This document shows, piece after piece, positions 9,033-18,165 of a stretch of DNA of 31,185 bases. The position numbers were made by a program, and so were the translations under genes. The stretch lies in the IMG/VR virus record IMGVR_UViG_3300010883_000251, positions 1-31,185 of that record, one strand, 5' to 3'. This DNA comes from a virus. The stretch's first letter is position 1. Every line of letters begins with the position of its first letter. Under the pieces are notes generated by a model, which saw only the letters and a program-made list of their open reading frames with translations, was not told where the DNA came from and ran no database searches.

Positions 9033-12000
9033 TTATCTATTTTTTAAAATTTTTCGGTAGTTTTTATCCAGAAAACCGATTTCTGCATACACTTCAACAT
9101 AGTTTCCACTTGCATCTTGTGCAACGATTGCACCACCACCACCTTCTTGAAACATTCCAGATCCATCAACAACGAATGCTGGATTTTTAGTGTTCGCACC
9201 TTGAACAATGATTTGTTCTGCATTGTTTCTGATTGAAGTTGTGTTGTTTCCGATTCGAATTCCAGAAGAAACTGAATTGACATTGTTGTTTCCAATGATA
9301 ATTGATCCAGATCCTTTGATCGTTTCATTTTGTGATCCAATTGATATTGATGGAACTTGATTGTTCGTTTGAATGATCATCGCACCATCAGTCGGATTCA
9401 TGATGTTTTCTGAATTTCTATTTTTTGGAACGATATTTGTTGCAGTTGGATTGTTGATCGGCATTTGATTTTTCAATGAAACACCAGAAATTCCAAGTGC
9501 ATCAGAAAAATTTTCAAGTCTGATGTTTTGTGCGAAATTTCGACCAGTGACGTTGTCACGTGATTGTCCAAGATTTGAAATCTTTTTTGTTTGATATCTT
9601 TTTTCTGCAATCTTGTCAACGTTCCATTGATAAAGTTCAACTTTTGTCATTTCATTTCTTGTCGGCTTGTAGTCAACAATTTTGTTGACGATCCAATATG
9701 TTGAAGATTCACCAGTTGATGCGTCAAGATATACAAGTGTTCTGAAGTCAAAGTCGGTGATATCTTTTGCAGTCAACTTCATGAAAACACGTTTGATTCG
9801 TGGACGATCAAGAAGTCCATTGATGTTCTTTTCCCAGAAGACTTTGAACAATCCATCGCAAAATGGATATAGTGGCGGTGCTGCGGCTGGATTCTGATCG
9901 TTTGCTTCAGCATCTTGAAATGGAAGTGTCGGAAAATAATCAAAATTGCCGACTGAAAGTGATGGAAAAAACTGGTGATCTTGTGAATGAAAAGTTCCAG
10001 CGAATGGATATTCAGTCAATTGTTCTGGTGCGTCTGATGGATTTGTTTTTCCGAATCGCCACTTGTTTGCAGAAATTGCACCATCAGCAAGATTCAAAGG
10101 TGTCAGTCCACCCCACAACAAAATTCGTGGTGCAAATTCTTCAACCTTGTCTGGATATTGTGAATTCATTGTGTGTGTCCAGATAGGTGAAAATTCTGAA
10201 TGGATCACTGGAATGAATGGTGCTTTGTCTGGATTTGTTGCAACAACTGGATCATTGAACATGTATGTCGGTGAATAGAATGTCGTTCCGATTTTTGTTT
10301 CTTTGTTTTTGTAAAGATTACCAAGATCCATCGCATAAGAATTCAAAGAACAAAGTTGACCGACACGTGCATTTCGTTCTTCAACAAACACATCAGATGT
10401 GTCATCTTCATAAGTGAAGCAAAGATCACGATTCAATGAATCATAGACAAATTCAGATTTTTGATTTTGTCCCATGTCTAATTTTTCAGACCAGTCAACC
10501 GCAAGATTTTGATCATTGAAAAAATTGTCACGTGGTTCGCAATAAACAATTTTTGCACCTTCGTCCGCATACCAATAAAGATTGAAAAGTCCAGTCAGTC
10601 CATTGATCCATTCAAGTTGTGTCACGTCACATGGTAACATTGAACCGATTGTGACTTGTGTTGATCCATTGATCACGTTTGTCAAACCACCCCATGTTTT
10701 TGCGTCAAGGATTCGATATTTGCATTGTGTAAAGGAAACAAATTTCGAACCACCATTCATGTTTTCTTGCCATTCATTGACCACCACTTCGAACACTTCA
10801 GTGTAAAAGTAATACTTATCACCAACATCAAGAATGTCAACAAGAACGTTTGTTGCTTCAACTTTGAACTGCATGTTTTGTGCTGGAAGTTGTCCATTCG
10901 AAGACCATCCAGCAAAATAGCCACCATAGATTCCAGTTTGTCCATAGTTTGCAGCGGTTTTGCAAGTTCTGTCAAGATGCGTCAAATAGTGATGTCCATT
11001 TCCAGCGTCAATCTTTACAAGCCAAAGATTGCAACAATACATCATTGCATATCGATCGAATTCATCATTTCCAGTCATCGGATCAACACCACCAGATGAC
11101 AAGCCACTTGCGTTGTTAAACATGAAACCTTTGTTGTTGTAGTTTGGCTGAAGTGCTGCATTGTTGTAAGGATCAAATTCTTCTGGTTCATTGTTGATCA
11201 CATAGTCATTGTCCATTTCGACAATTGCTTCAATGTTGAAACTATATTCACCAGCAACCGCAGTTTGAATGATTGAAACATTGTTGATCGGTTCTTCATG
11301 AAATGAAACTGGCGGTGTTGCATTTACAAGAACATCGACTGGATCAGTCCAGACACAATTCCATTCCATTCCCCAGATCCACATTCCAGAATTGCAATAT
11401 GAAGTCGTCAATTCATTCAAGCATGGTGCAGTTGAATTTGTCGCTTGTGCAATTTCACCGAATTGTCCCCAATACCAACCGCAAATAGTTTGTTTCGGAT
11501 CGTTTTCATCATTCCATCCAGCACCAATGATTTGAAATTGTGCGTCATTGATTGTGTTTCCAGCGGTCATCACACCATCTGGATCACAACCAGCACAAGA
11601 AGGATTCGGAAGAAAACCGATCGCACCATCAAAATTGTTTGCAACTTGTGCTGGATTTCTGTAATTCATAGGAATTTTCCATCCAGATTCATTGTCTGGA
11701 TCGGTTGCATACTCCCATGAATTCGGTGTTGCCACTGATCCATCACCACCTTGTTCAAAGATTTGTCGTGGTGAAATTGTCACCAATTTTTTGAACCAGT
11801 CAGTTTCCATGAAATCAGAATTCAATTGATATCCAATTCCAGCAAATGAAGCGATGACAATATCACGAATGAAAACCGCTGGAAACAAATCATCCATGTG
11901 TGCAAAGTCACCATAGATCCATTTTCCAGTGTTCAAAAGTGGGTAAACAATATGCGATCCAACACCGCCAACGATATGACCAGAATAGTTGTGTTTCCAA

Positions 12001-12491
12001 GTGTCTTTGATTGCATCAACATCATATTCAACCGCTGATGGTGTGTCTGGAAACATTCCACCAGCATCAAAGTCAATGTCGCACAAGTTTATGTTTTCAA
12101 GTGCATTCACCCATTCATAGTTTTCACCGAACACGACACATTCATATTCAAGCGGTGTTTCATTTTGTGTTGTTGCTTTGATCTTGAATTTTCCTTGCAT
12201 GATCAATGATCCATCAACAAAGATCATCGCTTGTTTGTCTTCAATATATTCGAACGCATTATAAAATGAATCAGAAAAAATTGATTTGAAAACTTCATTG
12301 TTGTTTCTTGTTGCTGGAATTTTAAACGTTTTCGAATATGATCCTTTCGATTTTGAAATATCTTGAATGTCTTTGATCGAATAAGTGATCGCAACTGGAA
12401 ACGATGTCGGATTCGCAATGTCAAGAAGACCTTCAACATTTCTTGAAGTGTTGTCAATTATTTGAAATTTAATATTCGGAATTTGTGCCAT
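9033..12491 (-). CDS. Large tail-tip / host-recognition structural protein (1152 aa)
   Basis: Size and position next to the TMP. The N-terminus (KGSYSKTFKIPATRNNNEVF) looks like siphophage tail-tip proteins. There is a central Cys/Trp-rich region. No catalytic motif was recognised. Confidence 0.45.
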   Translation of the reverse strand: MAQIPNIKFQIIDNTSRNVEGLLDIANPTSFPVAITYSIKDIQDISKSKGSYSKTFKIPATRNNNEVFKSIFSDSFYNAFEYIEDKQAMIFVDGSLIMQGKFKIKATTQNETPLEYECVVFGENYEWVNALENINLCDIDFDAGGMFPDTPSAVEYDVDAIKDTWKHNYSGHIVGGVGSHIVYPLLNTGKWIYGDFAHMDDLFPAVFIRDIVIASFAGIGYQLNSDFMETDWFKKLVTISPRQIFEQGGDGSVATPNSWEYATDPDNESGWKIPMNYRNPAQVANNFDGAIGFLPNPSCAGCDPDGVMTAGNTINDAQFQIIGAGWNDENDPKQTICGWYWGQFGEIAQATNSTAPCLNELTTSYCNSGMWIWGMEWNCVWTDPVDVLVNATPPVSFHEEPINNVSIIQTAVAGEYSFNIEAIVEMDNDYVINNEPEEFDPYNNAALQPNYNNKGFMFNNASGLSSGGVDPMTGNDEFDRYAMMYCCNLWLVKIDAGNGHHYLTHLDRTCKTAANYGQTGIYGGYFAGWSSNGQLPAQNMQFKVEATNVLVDILDVGDKYYFYTEVFEVVVNEWQENMNGGSKFVSFTQCKYRILDAKTWGGLTNVINGSTQVTIGSMLPCDVTQLEWINGLTGLFNLYWYADEGAKIVYCEPRDNFFNDQNLAVDWSEKLDMGQNQKSEFVYDSLNRDLCFTYEDDTSDVFVEERNARVGQLCSLNSYAMDLGNLYKNKETKIGTTFYSPTYMFNDPVVATNPDKAPFIPVIHSEFSPIWTHTMNSQYPDKVEEFAPRILLWGGLTPLNLADGAISANKWRFGKTNPSDAPEQLTEYPFAGTFHSQDHQFFPSLSVGNFDYFPTLPFQDAEANDQNPAAAPPLYPFCDGLFKVFWEKNINGLLDRPRIKRVFMKLTAKDITDFDFRTLVYLDASTGESSTYWIVNKIVDYKPTRNEMTKVELYQWNVDKIAEKRYQTKKISNLGQSRDNVTGRNFAQNIRLENFSDALGISGVSLKNQMPINNPTATNIVPKNRNSENIMNPTDGAMIIQTNNQVPSISIGSQNETIKGSGSIIIGNNNVNSVSSGIRIGNNTTSIRNNAEQIIVQGANTKNPAFVVDGSGMFQEGGGGAIVAQDASGNYVEVYAEIGFLDKNYRKILKNR

Positions 12492-12506
12492 TGTTTTTTT
12501 GTTTAA

Positions 12507-13961
12507 TTACATTCTAGGAAAAATGTTGTTGTTTGCAAATTGATATTCAAATGAAACTTTTTGCAATCCTTTTGATGTGTTCATGACTTTGATTGATCCA
12601 GACAATATGATGATTGCAGTGTATTGATTGCAAAGTCCAGAATCACGCCAATTTTCATAGGAATTGAAATCACCGAATGATTGCGGATTGAATTCTGAAT
12701 TCATGTCAATTCGCAAATACACAAGTGTCGATGCACCTATTTTTGAAAACCAGATTGCATCAGCATTCGTCATCGGATGTGATTCAATTTTCATGATTTC
12801 ACTTTCAGTGTTCAACCAGTGATTTTGTCCATAGGAATCAATCGTTGCAAATCCTTCAAGTCGTTGTGTGAATTTTTTTCTTTGAATTTTTCTTCTTGTT
12901 TCAAGTTTACCTTCAGAAGAAAACATGTCCCATCCACCCAGTTGATTTTTCCACAAAAAACGTTGATATCCTTTTCCTTTGCAAGTTCTATTTACTTTGA
13001 ACAACCATGCGTTTGAATTTATATATCCATTATTGTTCGCATTTCGAAGTCTATTTTGCACAAGATAATGATCAACATAAGCAAAATTCGTTCCTTCAGA
13101 TGGATCTGGTGTGAATGCTTCTTTGATCGATCTGAATCCAACATCCATTGTGTTCATTCCATTCAGCGGTGAAGATCCGAATCCAGTTGCCCATGCAACA
13201 CTTCTTTGAAATAGTGGTGTTCCATTTTTTGCAAATGTTATGATTTGACATTCTGGAACGTAAGTCAAAGGACTGATCACTTTTCCGATAAAAGTGTTGA
13301 TGAAAAATTGTTCTGAATCACGAATGTTTGTTCTATATAAACCAGAACGTGTATATTGATCAGATCTTTTTTTATAAACATTATCAGTCAACCACAACCA
13401 TCCACCTTGTGTCCCATCAGTTGGAAAAGTCATCATGATATAGTTTGCGAAAGACCTTGTGAAGTCATTGTAAGAACTTGACCACAATGCTTGAAGACGT
13501 GGTGCTGATCCTTCATGAATATTGAAAACGTTTGAAGTTTCAGTTGTTGGATCAATTTCAATGAATCCAGTCGTTGCGTCAAGAAATTCACGTTGACAAA
13601 CAAGTCTGACTTCAAAATTTGATTTGTTGTGCCAGTATGTTTGCGGCAATGCACCCATTGCACCACCATAACATGCACCATTTCCAAGTTGTGCAATTCC
13701 TTTCGCAGTTCCTTTCGGAAGTGAATTCAGAACATCAGCAACTTGCAATTGATATGAACCAGAATATCCAAGAACTGAAGGTGATCGCATTTTTCCACCC
13801 CAATCAGTCCACACACCATTGAAATTGTATTGCAATTGACTGATCACATTCAAAGTGTCACCAACTGGTGTCACTGCGAATTGAAACAAGATCGGTTCAA
13901 GTGTTGATTCAAGTGAATTTTTTTTTGGTTGAATTTGAATTGTTGGTGCGATTCCAGCCAT
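12507..13961 (-). CDS. Tail/baseplate structural protein (484 aa), function unassigned
   Basis: Long ORF within the tail module and tightly coupled to its neighbours. No motif recognised. Confidence 0.35.
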   Translation of the reverse strand: MAGIAPTIQIQPKKNSLESTLEPILFQFAVTPVGDTLNVISQLQYNFNGVWTDWGGKMRSPSVLGYSGSYQLQVADVLNSLPKGTAKGIAQLGNGACYGGAMGALPQTYWHNKSNFEVRLVCQREFLDATTGFIEIDPTTETSNVFNIHEGSAPRLQALWSSSYNDFTRSFANYIMMTFPTDGTQGGWLWLTDNVYKKRSDQYTRSGLYRTNIRDSEQFFINTFIGKVISPLTYVPECQIITFAKNGTPLFQRSVAWATGFGSSPLNGMNTMDVGFRSIKEAFTPDPSEGTNFAYVDHYLVQNRLRNANNNGYINSNAWLFKVNRTCKGKGYQRFLWKNQLGGWDMFSSEGKLETRRKIQRKKFTQRLEGFATIDSYGQNHWLNTESEIMKIESHPMTNADAIWFSKIGASTLVYLRIDMNSEFNPQSFGDFNSYENWRDSGLCNQYTAIIILSGSIKVMNTSKGLQKVSFEYQFANNNIFPRM

Positions 13962-13974
13962 GATTTTTTATTTT

Positions 13975-14511
13975 TTATATTATAATTTCAACACCACCAG
14001 TCAATGATTTGATCATTGTGAAAATGCTTTTGTTGTAAACTTCACCGATTTTCTTGACCTCTTGTTCACGATCAGATTGTGTTTTTCCAATGAAGTCCAG
14101 TTTTGATTTGTCCATCGGATTCCCTTTTCCACCACCACCAGATTGTCCAGTTTGTTTTCTTGCGATTGCGAATGCAATTCCACGAATCACTTTTGAATCA
14201 CTTGCAATTCCTTTGATTTTGATCCATCGCATCAATCCTTCAATATACAAAGACGAATCAGCACCAGATCGATTGTTCGGTGAATAAGGAATCGCAGAAG
14301 GATTCACACCATACTGAACAATTTTCCAATAGTCAAGACCTTTGATGTCAATCGACAAATCAAATTCGTTTGGAATGTTGATCGTGTGCTGAAATGAATT
14401 GATCAATGCACCAGATGCACGTCTTTTCAACTGGATCAATTTCGTTCCAAGAATGACTTCAACTGCAACTGCAATTTCATCGATTTGTGATCTGTCAAGT
14501 GAACCTTCCAT
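13975..14511 (-). CDS. HK97 gp10-like head-tail joining / tail completion protein (178 aa)
   Basis: KRRASGALINSFQHTI ... LDYWKIVQYG resembles the gp10-family pattern (TG.L.nSi ... YA..vE.G). By-eye match only. Confidence 0.4.
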   Translation of the reverse strand: MEGSLDRSQIDEIAVAVEVILGTKLIQLKRRASGALINSFQHTINIPNEFDLSIDIKGLDYWKIVQYGVNPSAIPYSPNNRSGADSSLYIEGLMRWIKIKGIASDSKVIRGIAFAIARKQTGQSGGGGKGNPMDKSKLDFIGKTQSDREQEVKKIGEVYNKSIFTMIKSLTGGVEIII

Positions 14512-14512
14512 T

Positions 14513-15004
14513 CTAGTTTCCGAAGTGTGTGAAACATGTTCTGAAAACTGAAATATTGAATTTGCATTCCAGCATGAACATTGAATCGTTTCCAGCCATC
14601 TTTGTTCTTGTCATGTTCAATGATCCATCACCAAGAACAACTTGATATCCTAAATTAAAAAGAACCATTTCAAGCCATCTGTAAAAACAATTTTCTAGTG
14701 TGTCCCATTGATTTGCTTGTTGCAAATATCCTTTTCCAGACAATTCAGATGGAACAAAGTCATATATTTGAAGCGTGAAATTCATCGTTTGTTTCACAAG
14801 ATCATGTTGCATTTCTGAAAGACTTGTTGATGTTGTCGGTGGTTGAACAACCATGAATGGAAGATCTTTTTTGTGAACATCATTGACTTCATTTGCCCAG
14901 CCAAAAAGAAAACCTTGCAATCCATCGTGACGACAATGCAAATTGATCCAGTCACTTGACATTTGTGCGATTATATTTCGAAGATCATTGTTGTTGTTAG
15001 CCAT
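14513..15004 (-). CDS. Hypothetical structural (neck/tail) protein (163 aa)
   Basis: Its stop is adjacent to the next gene's start. Assigned by position in the structural operon. Confidence 0.3.
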   Translation of the reverse strand: MANNNNDLRNIIAQMSSDWINLHCRHDGLQGFLFGWANEVNDVHKKDLPFMVVQPPTTSTSLSEMQHDLVKQTMNFTLQIYDFVPSELSGKGYLQQANQWDTLENCFYRWLEMVLFNLGYQVVLGDGSLNMTRTKMAGNDSMFMLECKFNISVFRTCFTHFGN

Positions 15005-15018
15005 AATTTTTTATTTTT

Positions 15019-15348
15019 TTATTTGTTGCGTTGTCTTTGTTCGGCTTCATCTTCCATTGATTTTCGAACTTCATTTTCATATTCATTTTTCGAAGACTTC
15101 CAAGAAATGAAAGTAAAAACATCATACAAATTTGTTTTTTCAACTGACTGAATTGCTGAAAGTGGATGTCTTGTGAAGACACCATCAACTGCAAGATCAT
15201 ACAATGTGTTCAACCATCCGAATCCAGCCATCAGATCCCAGTTTTCATTTGCGTGTCGATTGTTGGATCGATCACCATCTTTGAAGATGTTTGGATATTT
15301 TTCCGAAATGTATTTGTTCGTTTCATCAAAAAAAAAACGAACGACCAT
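15019..15348 (-). CDS. -1 frame extension ORF overlapping the 3' end of 15231..15914 (possible frameshift product or a separate 70-aa gene from ATG 15231)
   Basis: (15914-15348) mod 3 = 2, so the ORF is in the -1 frame relative to the upstream gene. It is open across the T10 run at 15328-15337. The alternative start, ATG 15231, overlaps the upstream TGA (CTGATGG). Confidence 0.5.
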   Translation of the reverse strand: MVVRFFFDETNKYISEKYPNIFKDGDRSNNRHANENWDLMAGFGWLNTLYDLAVDGVFTRHPLSAIQSVEKTNLYDVFTFISWKSSKNEYENEVRKSMEDEAEQRQRNK

Positions 15349-15914
15349 GCAATGTTCATCGGAAGTTTTTCAAATATTCTTGTTTTCTTTTCAATCAATT
15401 CATCAGTTGTTTCTTCATTTTTTTCTTTGCACAAGATCGCCATTTGTTTTGCAATCAATCCGAATCGTCCACCTTCAATTTCTTTTGCATTCATCAAGAT
15501 TTGTTCGCTTTCAATATACGATCCGAAAGTTGTTTCAGTCATGTTTTGCAATGGAAAAAAATATTCTTTATTTTTCCAAGTGAATGAATGTGCAACATCT
15601 TTTTCTTTTATTCTTTCATCAACCTTTGTGTTCAAAAAAGTCGCCATCATTTCAAGACATGTGTTCATCTGATCAAGATTGCATTGCAAGATCGTTTGCT
15701 GATCAAGACCAGTCAAAAATTCGAACACGTCACGATTCGCTTTGATGTTGATCATTTTTTGTCTTTGCTTTGCATGATCTTCATCAATGTCTGAAATGTC
15801 AATCACTTCATGTTGTTGCAGTATGTGAACGATCTTTGCATATTGTGAAATATTTAATTCATCCCATTGATTCGGAATTTTGCATTTCGTTTTTCCGACT
15901 TTCAGATTCATCAT
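15231..15914 (-). CDS. Hypothetical protein (227 aa), tail assembly chaperone-like by architecture
   Basis: Helical, acidic protein with a T10 slippery run 33 codons before its stop and a -1 ORF overlapping it, which is the G/GT-like arrangement. No sequence motif proof. Confidence 0.4.
   Translation of the reverse strand: MMNLKVGKTKCKIPNQWDELNISQYAKIVHILQQHEVIDISDIDEDHAKQRQKMINIKANRDVFEFLTGLDQQTILQCNLDQMNTCLEMMATFLNTKVDERIKEKDVAHSFTWKNKEYFFPLQNMTETTFGSYIESEQILMNAKEIEGGRFGLIAKQMAILCKEKNEETTDELIEKKTRIFEKLPMNIAWSFVFFLMKRTNTFRKNIQTSSKMVIDPTIDTQMKTGI
15328..15337 (-). other. T10 homopolymer (A10 on plus strand): candidate -1 ribosomal or transcriptional slippage site
   Basis: The zero frame reads TTC GTT TTT TTT TTG and contains the heptamer T TTT TTT. 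The -1 frame continues ...TTT GAT GAA ACG... for another 100 or so codons. Confidence 0.45.
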
Positions 15915-16360
15915 TTTGTTTGTGTTTTTTTTAGGATTCTTTTTTCTTCAGTGATTTCTTCAAGTGTTTCTTTTGCTTCAAGATCAATGAAGTGATCGTT
16001 CAACATATCATCAAGATCATGAATTGTTTCAGTCATTTCATCAAATAGTTCACGAACATGAAATTCAATGTCTTCTTCATTTTCTTCAGTCTTCAATGCA
16101 AGTGCAAATCCGAATGATCCGAACATCAACAAGTTTGGAAACATGAACACCCATTCTGATTTTGAAATTCTTGAATCGGTTTCAATATCTTTTCCGATTG
16201 TATTGTGAAGCAAAGATGCTTTGTGTTTCAGTGGAATGAAATTTTTGAAAACATTCACCATCTGATCATCAGTGATGTCAAAGATGAAACGATCAACACA
16301 TCTTGAAAATTGTTCAAGGATCAATTCATGTTTCTTGTTTAATGTTTTTATTTTTTCCAT
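15911..16360 (-). CDS. Hypothetical acidic helical protein (149 aa)
   Basis: ATG 16360 (MEKIKTLNKK...). The ORF-track start at 16369 is a TTG lying inside the -7 box. The C-terminal half is rich in D and E. Confidence 0.55.
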   Translation of the reverse strand: MEKIKTLNKKHELILEQFSRCVDRFIFDITDDQMVNVFKNFIPLKHKASLLHNTIGKDIETDSRISKSEWVFMFPNLLMFGSFGFALALKTEENEEDIEFHVRELFDEMTETIHDLDDMLNDHFIDLEAKETLEEITEEKRILKKTQTK

Positions 16361-16366
16361 AAGTTG

Positions 16367-16388
16367 CAAAAGTAAAAAGTTTTTTTCG
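16367..16388 (-). promoter_or_regulatory. Promoter: A-tract plus perfect -7 box TACTTTTG, related to the repeated early core
   Basis: The minus strand reads GAAAAAAACTTTTTACTTTTGCAACTTATG. Compare the early core GAAAAAAAGGTTTACTTTTAC. The box ends 6 nt before ATG 16360. Confidence 0.45.
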
Positions 16389-16420
16389 TTATGTGACGCA
16401 GTTTTCGTGTATAAATTAGA

Positions 16421-17725
16421 TCAACCGAAATATAGAATTTTTGTCCTTGATAAGTCAAAAAAAGATCGCATCGCAATTGCATCTGAAATGTCTGGTGATC
16501 GTCCCAGCATTGATTTGATTTGATCTTTCGGTGTCATTGAAATTCGATTGTCTTTGTCAATGTCATGTTGCTTGACCAGTTCAAGTTCTGAAATGATTTG
16601 ATGTCTGATTTCTGGATCACTTTCATGAATACTGATTTCACCTTTTTCAACTTTGTTTGCTAGGTGATAGTAGCATTGCGTTTTTAAATTTTTATAGTTT
16701 TGATCATTCAATGCTTTTGATCCATTGACGAATGCTTTCGTTCCTTGAATGAAATCTGGAATCGCACCACCGACACCATCTGAATCAGTGATGATGTTTG
16801 ATCTTGAAATCTTGTATTGATTTGCATATTTCTTCACGTTGTCTGCAAGTTCCAGCAACGTGTTCTTTTTCCATGTCTTGATCTTGATCAGTTTCCAACC
16901 GCTAAAAATACAAATCACCGACTTGTCACGACCGAATCGTGCAACATCAACTGACATGATCTTTTCACCATCTGGAATGAAATCATTTGTGAACATGTCA
17001 TTCAATTTGTCAATTGAAAAAAGATTTGAATCATCTTCTGAATAGTTCCAGTCACCGAACAACAATCGTTTCTTGTTCAAATTGTCAAGTCCTTCAAGTT
17101 GTTTGATGTAATGTTTTGAAATGTTTGGATTGTCAGTCACCAGCGATTGAATGAATGCTTTGTTCGGATCAAGCGTTCCATTTGAAAATGGTTTCCAGAA
17201 CTGACTGAACACCCATCCTTTCGAAGGATTGCACGTGATCAACGTTTTCGGAATCAAATTGTTTTCGTCAAGTTTGTATCTGATCCGACTTTGAATGATT
17301 GCGAATGCAGTCGGTGTGATTTCAGCGGCTTCATCAATGAATAGTCCAGAAATTTCCAAAGATCCAAGTGCGTCAAAGTTCGGATCGCTAGGCATAGCGA
17401 ACAAGTCTTTCAAGATGATCACTGATCCAGTCTGAAAAAACTTGATGGTTGATTCTGTTTGATTATAGTTGAAATCAACACCACCTTTCAATCCTTGCAT
17501 TTTGCAGCATTCGAAAAGACTTTGCAATGTCGTTTCCTTCAACGTCTTCAACCTTGATCTTCCGATGCACCATTTTGTGTTCGGAAACTTCAGACATTGT
17601 TTCAATATGAAATAACAACCCAGCATTGATTTGCCACCACCAGCACCGCCACCATAGCAAATCACATTGTGAACATCATCTTCAAGAAGATCAATTGCTT
17701 GTGTCTGTTTGATCGATAGGTGCAT
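16421..17725 (-). CDS. terL: Terminase large subunit (434 aa)
   Basis: Walker A YGGGAGGGKS, Walker B LFIDEA, coupling motif TCNP, and nuclease motifs VDVARFGRDKS and DSDGVGG. Confidence 0.92.
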   Translation of the reverse strand: MHLSIKQTQAIDLLEDDVHNVICYGGGAGGGKSMLGCYFILKQCLKFPNTKWCIGRSRLKTLKETTLQSLFECCKMQGLKGGVDFNYNQTESTIKFFQTGSVIILKDLFAMPSDPNFDALGSLEISGLFIDEAAEITPTAFAIIQSRIRYKLDENNLIPKTLITCNPSKGWVFSQFWKPFSNGTLDPNKAFIQSLVTDNPNISKHYIKQLEGLDNLNKKRLLFGDWNYSEDDSNLFSIDKLNDMFTNDFIPDGEKIMSVDVARFGRDKSVICIFSGWKLIKIKTWKKNTLLELADNVKKYANQYKISRSNIITDSDGVGGAIPDFIQGTKAFVNGSKALNDQNYKNLKTQCYYHLANKVEKGEISIHESDPEIRHQIISELELVKQHDIDKDNRISMTPKDQIKSMLGRSPDISDAIAMRSFFDLSRTKILYFG

Positions 17726-18089
17726 TCAAATATGTTTTTGTTTCTTGCCAGTTGATCGGTGATCCATCAGATCCAGTCAGTTCTTGTCTTTCAACATATC
17801 CACGAACCTTGCCTTTTGTTTTCAAGAAAAAGATGATCGCAGTTGGATTTCCTTCTTTGATAAGTTTCCACAATTCCGCTTCACAAATATCGATCGCCAT
17901 GTTTGAAATGTCATCAACATCTTTTTTGAATTGTTCGTCTTCATCCATGTATCGGTAGAACGTTGACCGACTGCAACCAGTAAAGTGACAAGCCAGTGTG
18001 ATGTTTCCCATGTTTTGACGCATTGATTCAATCAAAGTGTCCTTTGTGACTTCAGTTCTTTTTTGATTCTTTTTTTTAGTGTGTGCCAT
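17691..18089 (-). CDS. terS: Terminase small subunit (132 aa, HTH type)
   Basis: GNITLACHFTGCSRSTFYRYMDEDEQFKKDV...NPTAIIFFLKTKGKVRGY is the common HTH-type TerS pattern. It overlaps the terL start by 35 nt. Confidence 0.7.
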   Translation of the reverse strand: MAHTKKKNQKRTEVTKDTLIESMRQNMGNITLACHFTGCSRSTFYRYMDEDEQFKKDVDDISNMAIDICEAELWKLIKEGNPTAIIFFLKTKGKVRGYVERQELTGSDGSPINWQETKTYLNAPIDQTDTSN

Positions 18090-18109
18090 TTTGTTTCATT
18101 TAAGTTGTT

Positions 18110-18117
18110 CAAAAATA
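18110..18117 (-). promoter_or_regulatory. Putative -7 box TATTTTTG upstream of terS
   Basis: The minus strand reads GTATTTTTGAACAACTTAAATGAAACAAAATG. The box is a perfect TAnnTTTG match 20 nt before ATG 18089. Confidence 0.35.
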
Positions 18118-18165
18118 CAAATTTTATTCAATTACATCTTCAATCCTTTTTGATATTGTTGACAA

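Noticed and set aside
9044-9340. Nested same-strand ORFs in alternative frames (9044..9340, 12224..12457, 13433..13696, 10757..10975, 17475..17660, 17822..18031, 21146..21376, 2432..2686, 6699..6944, 4204..4410, 14997..15200).
   Set aside because: Each is fully contained in a longer ORF with recognisable function or better context. They lack the A-rich leader and coupling seen at real starts.
15166-15672. Plus-strand ORFs such as 15166..15672, 21718..22188, 26578..26835, 30029..30454 and the other + entries in the track.
   Set aside because: They are translations of the T-rich antisense strand (Phe/Ser/Leu/Ile-rich pseudo-hydrophobic peptides). Each lies wholly within a well-supported minus-strand gene.
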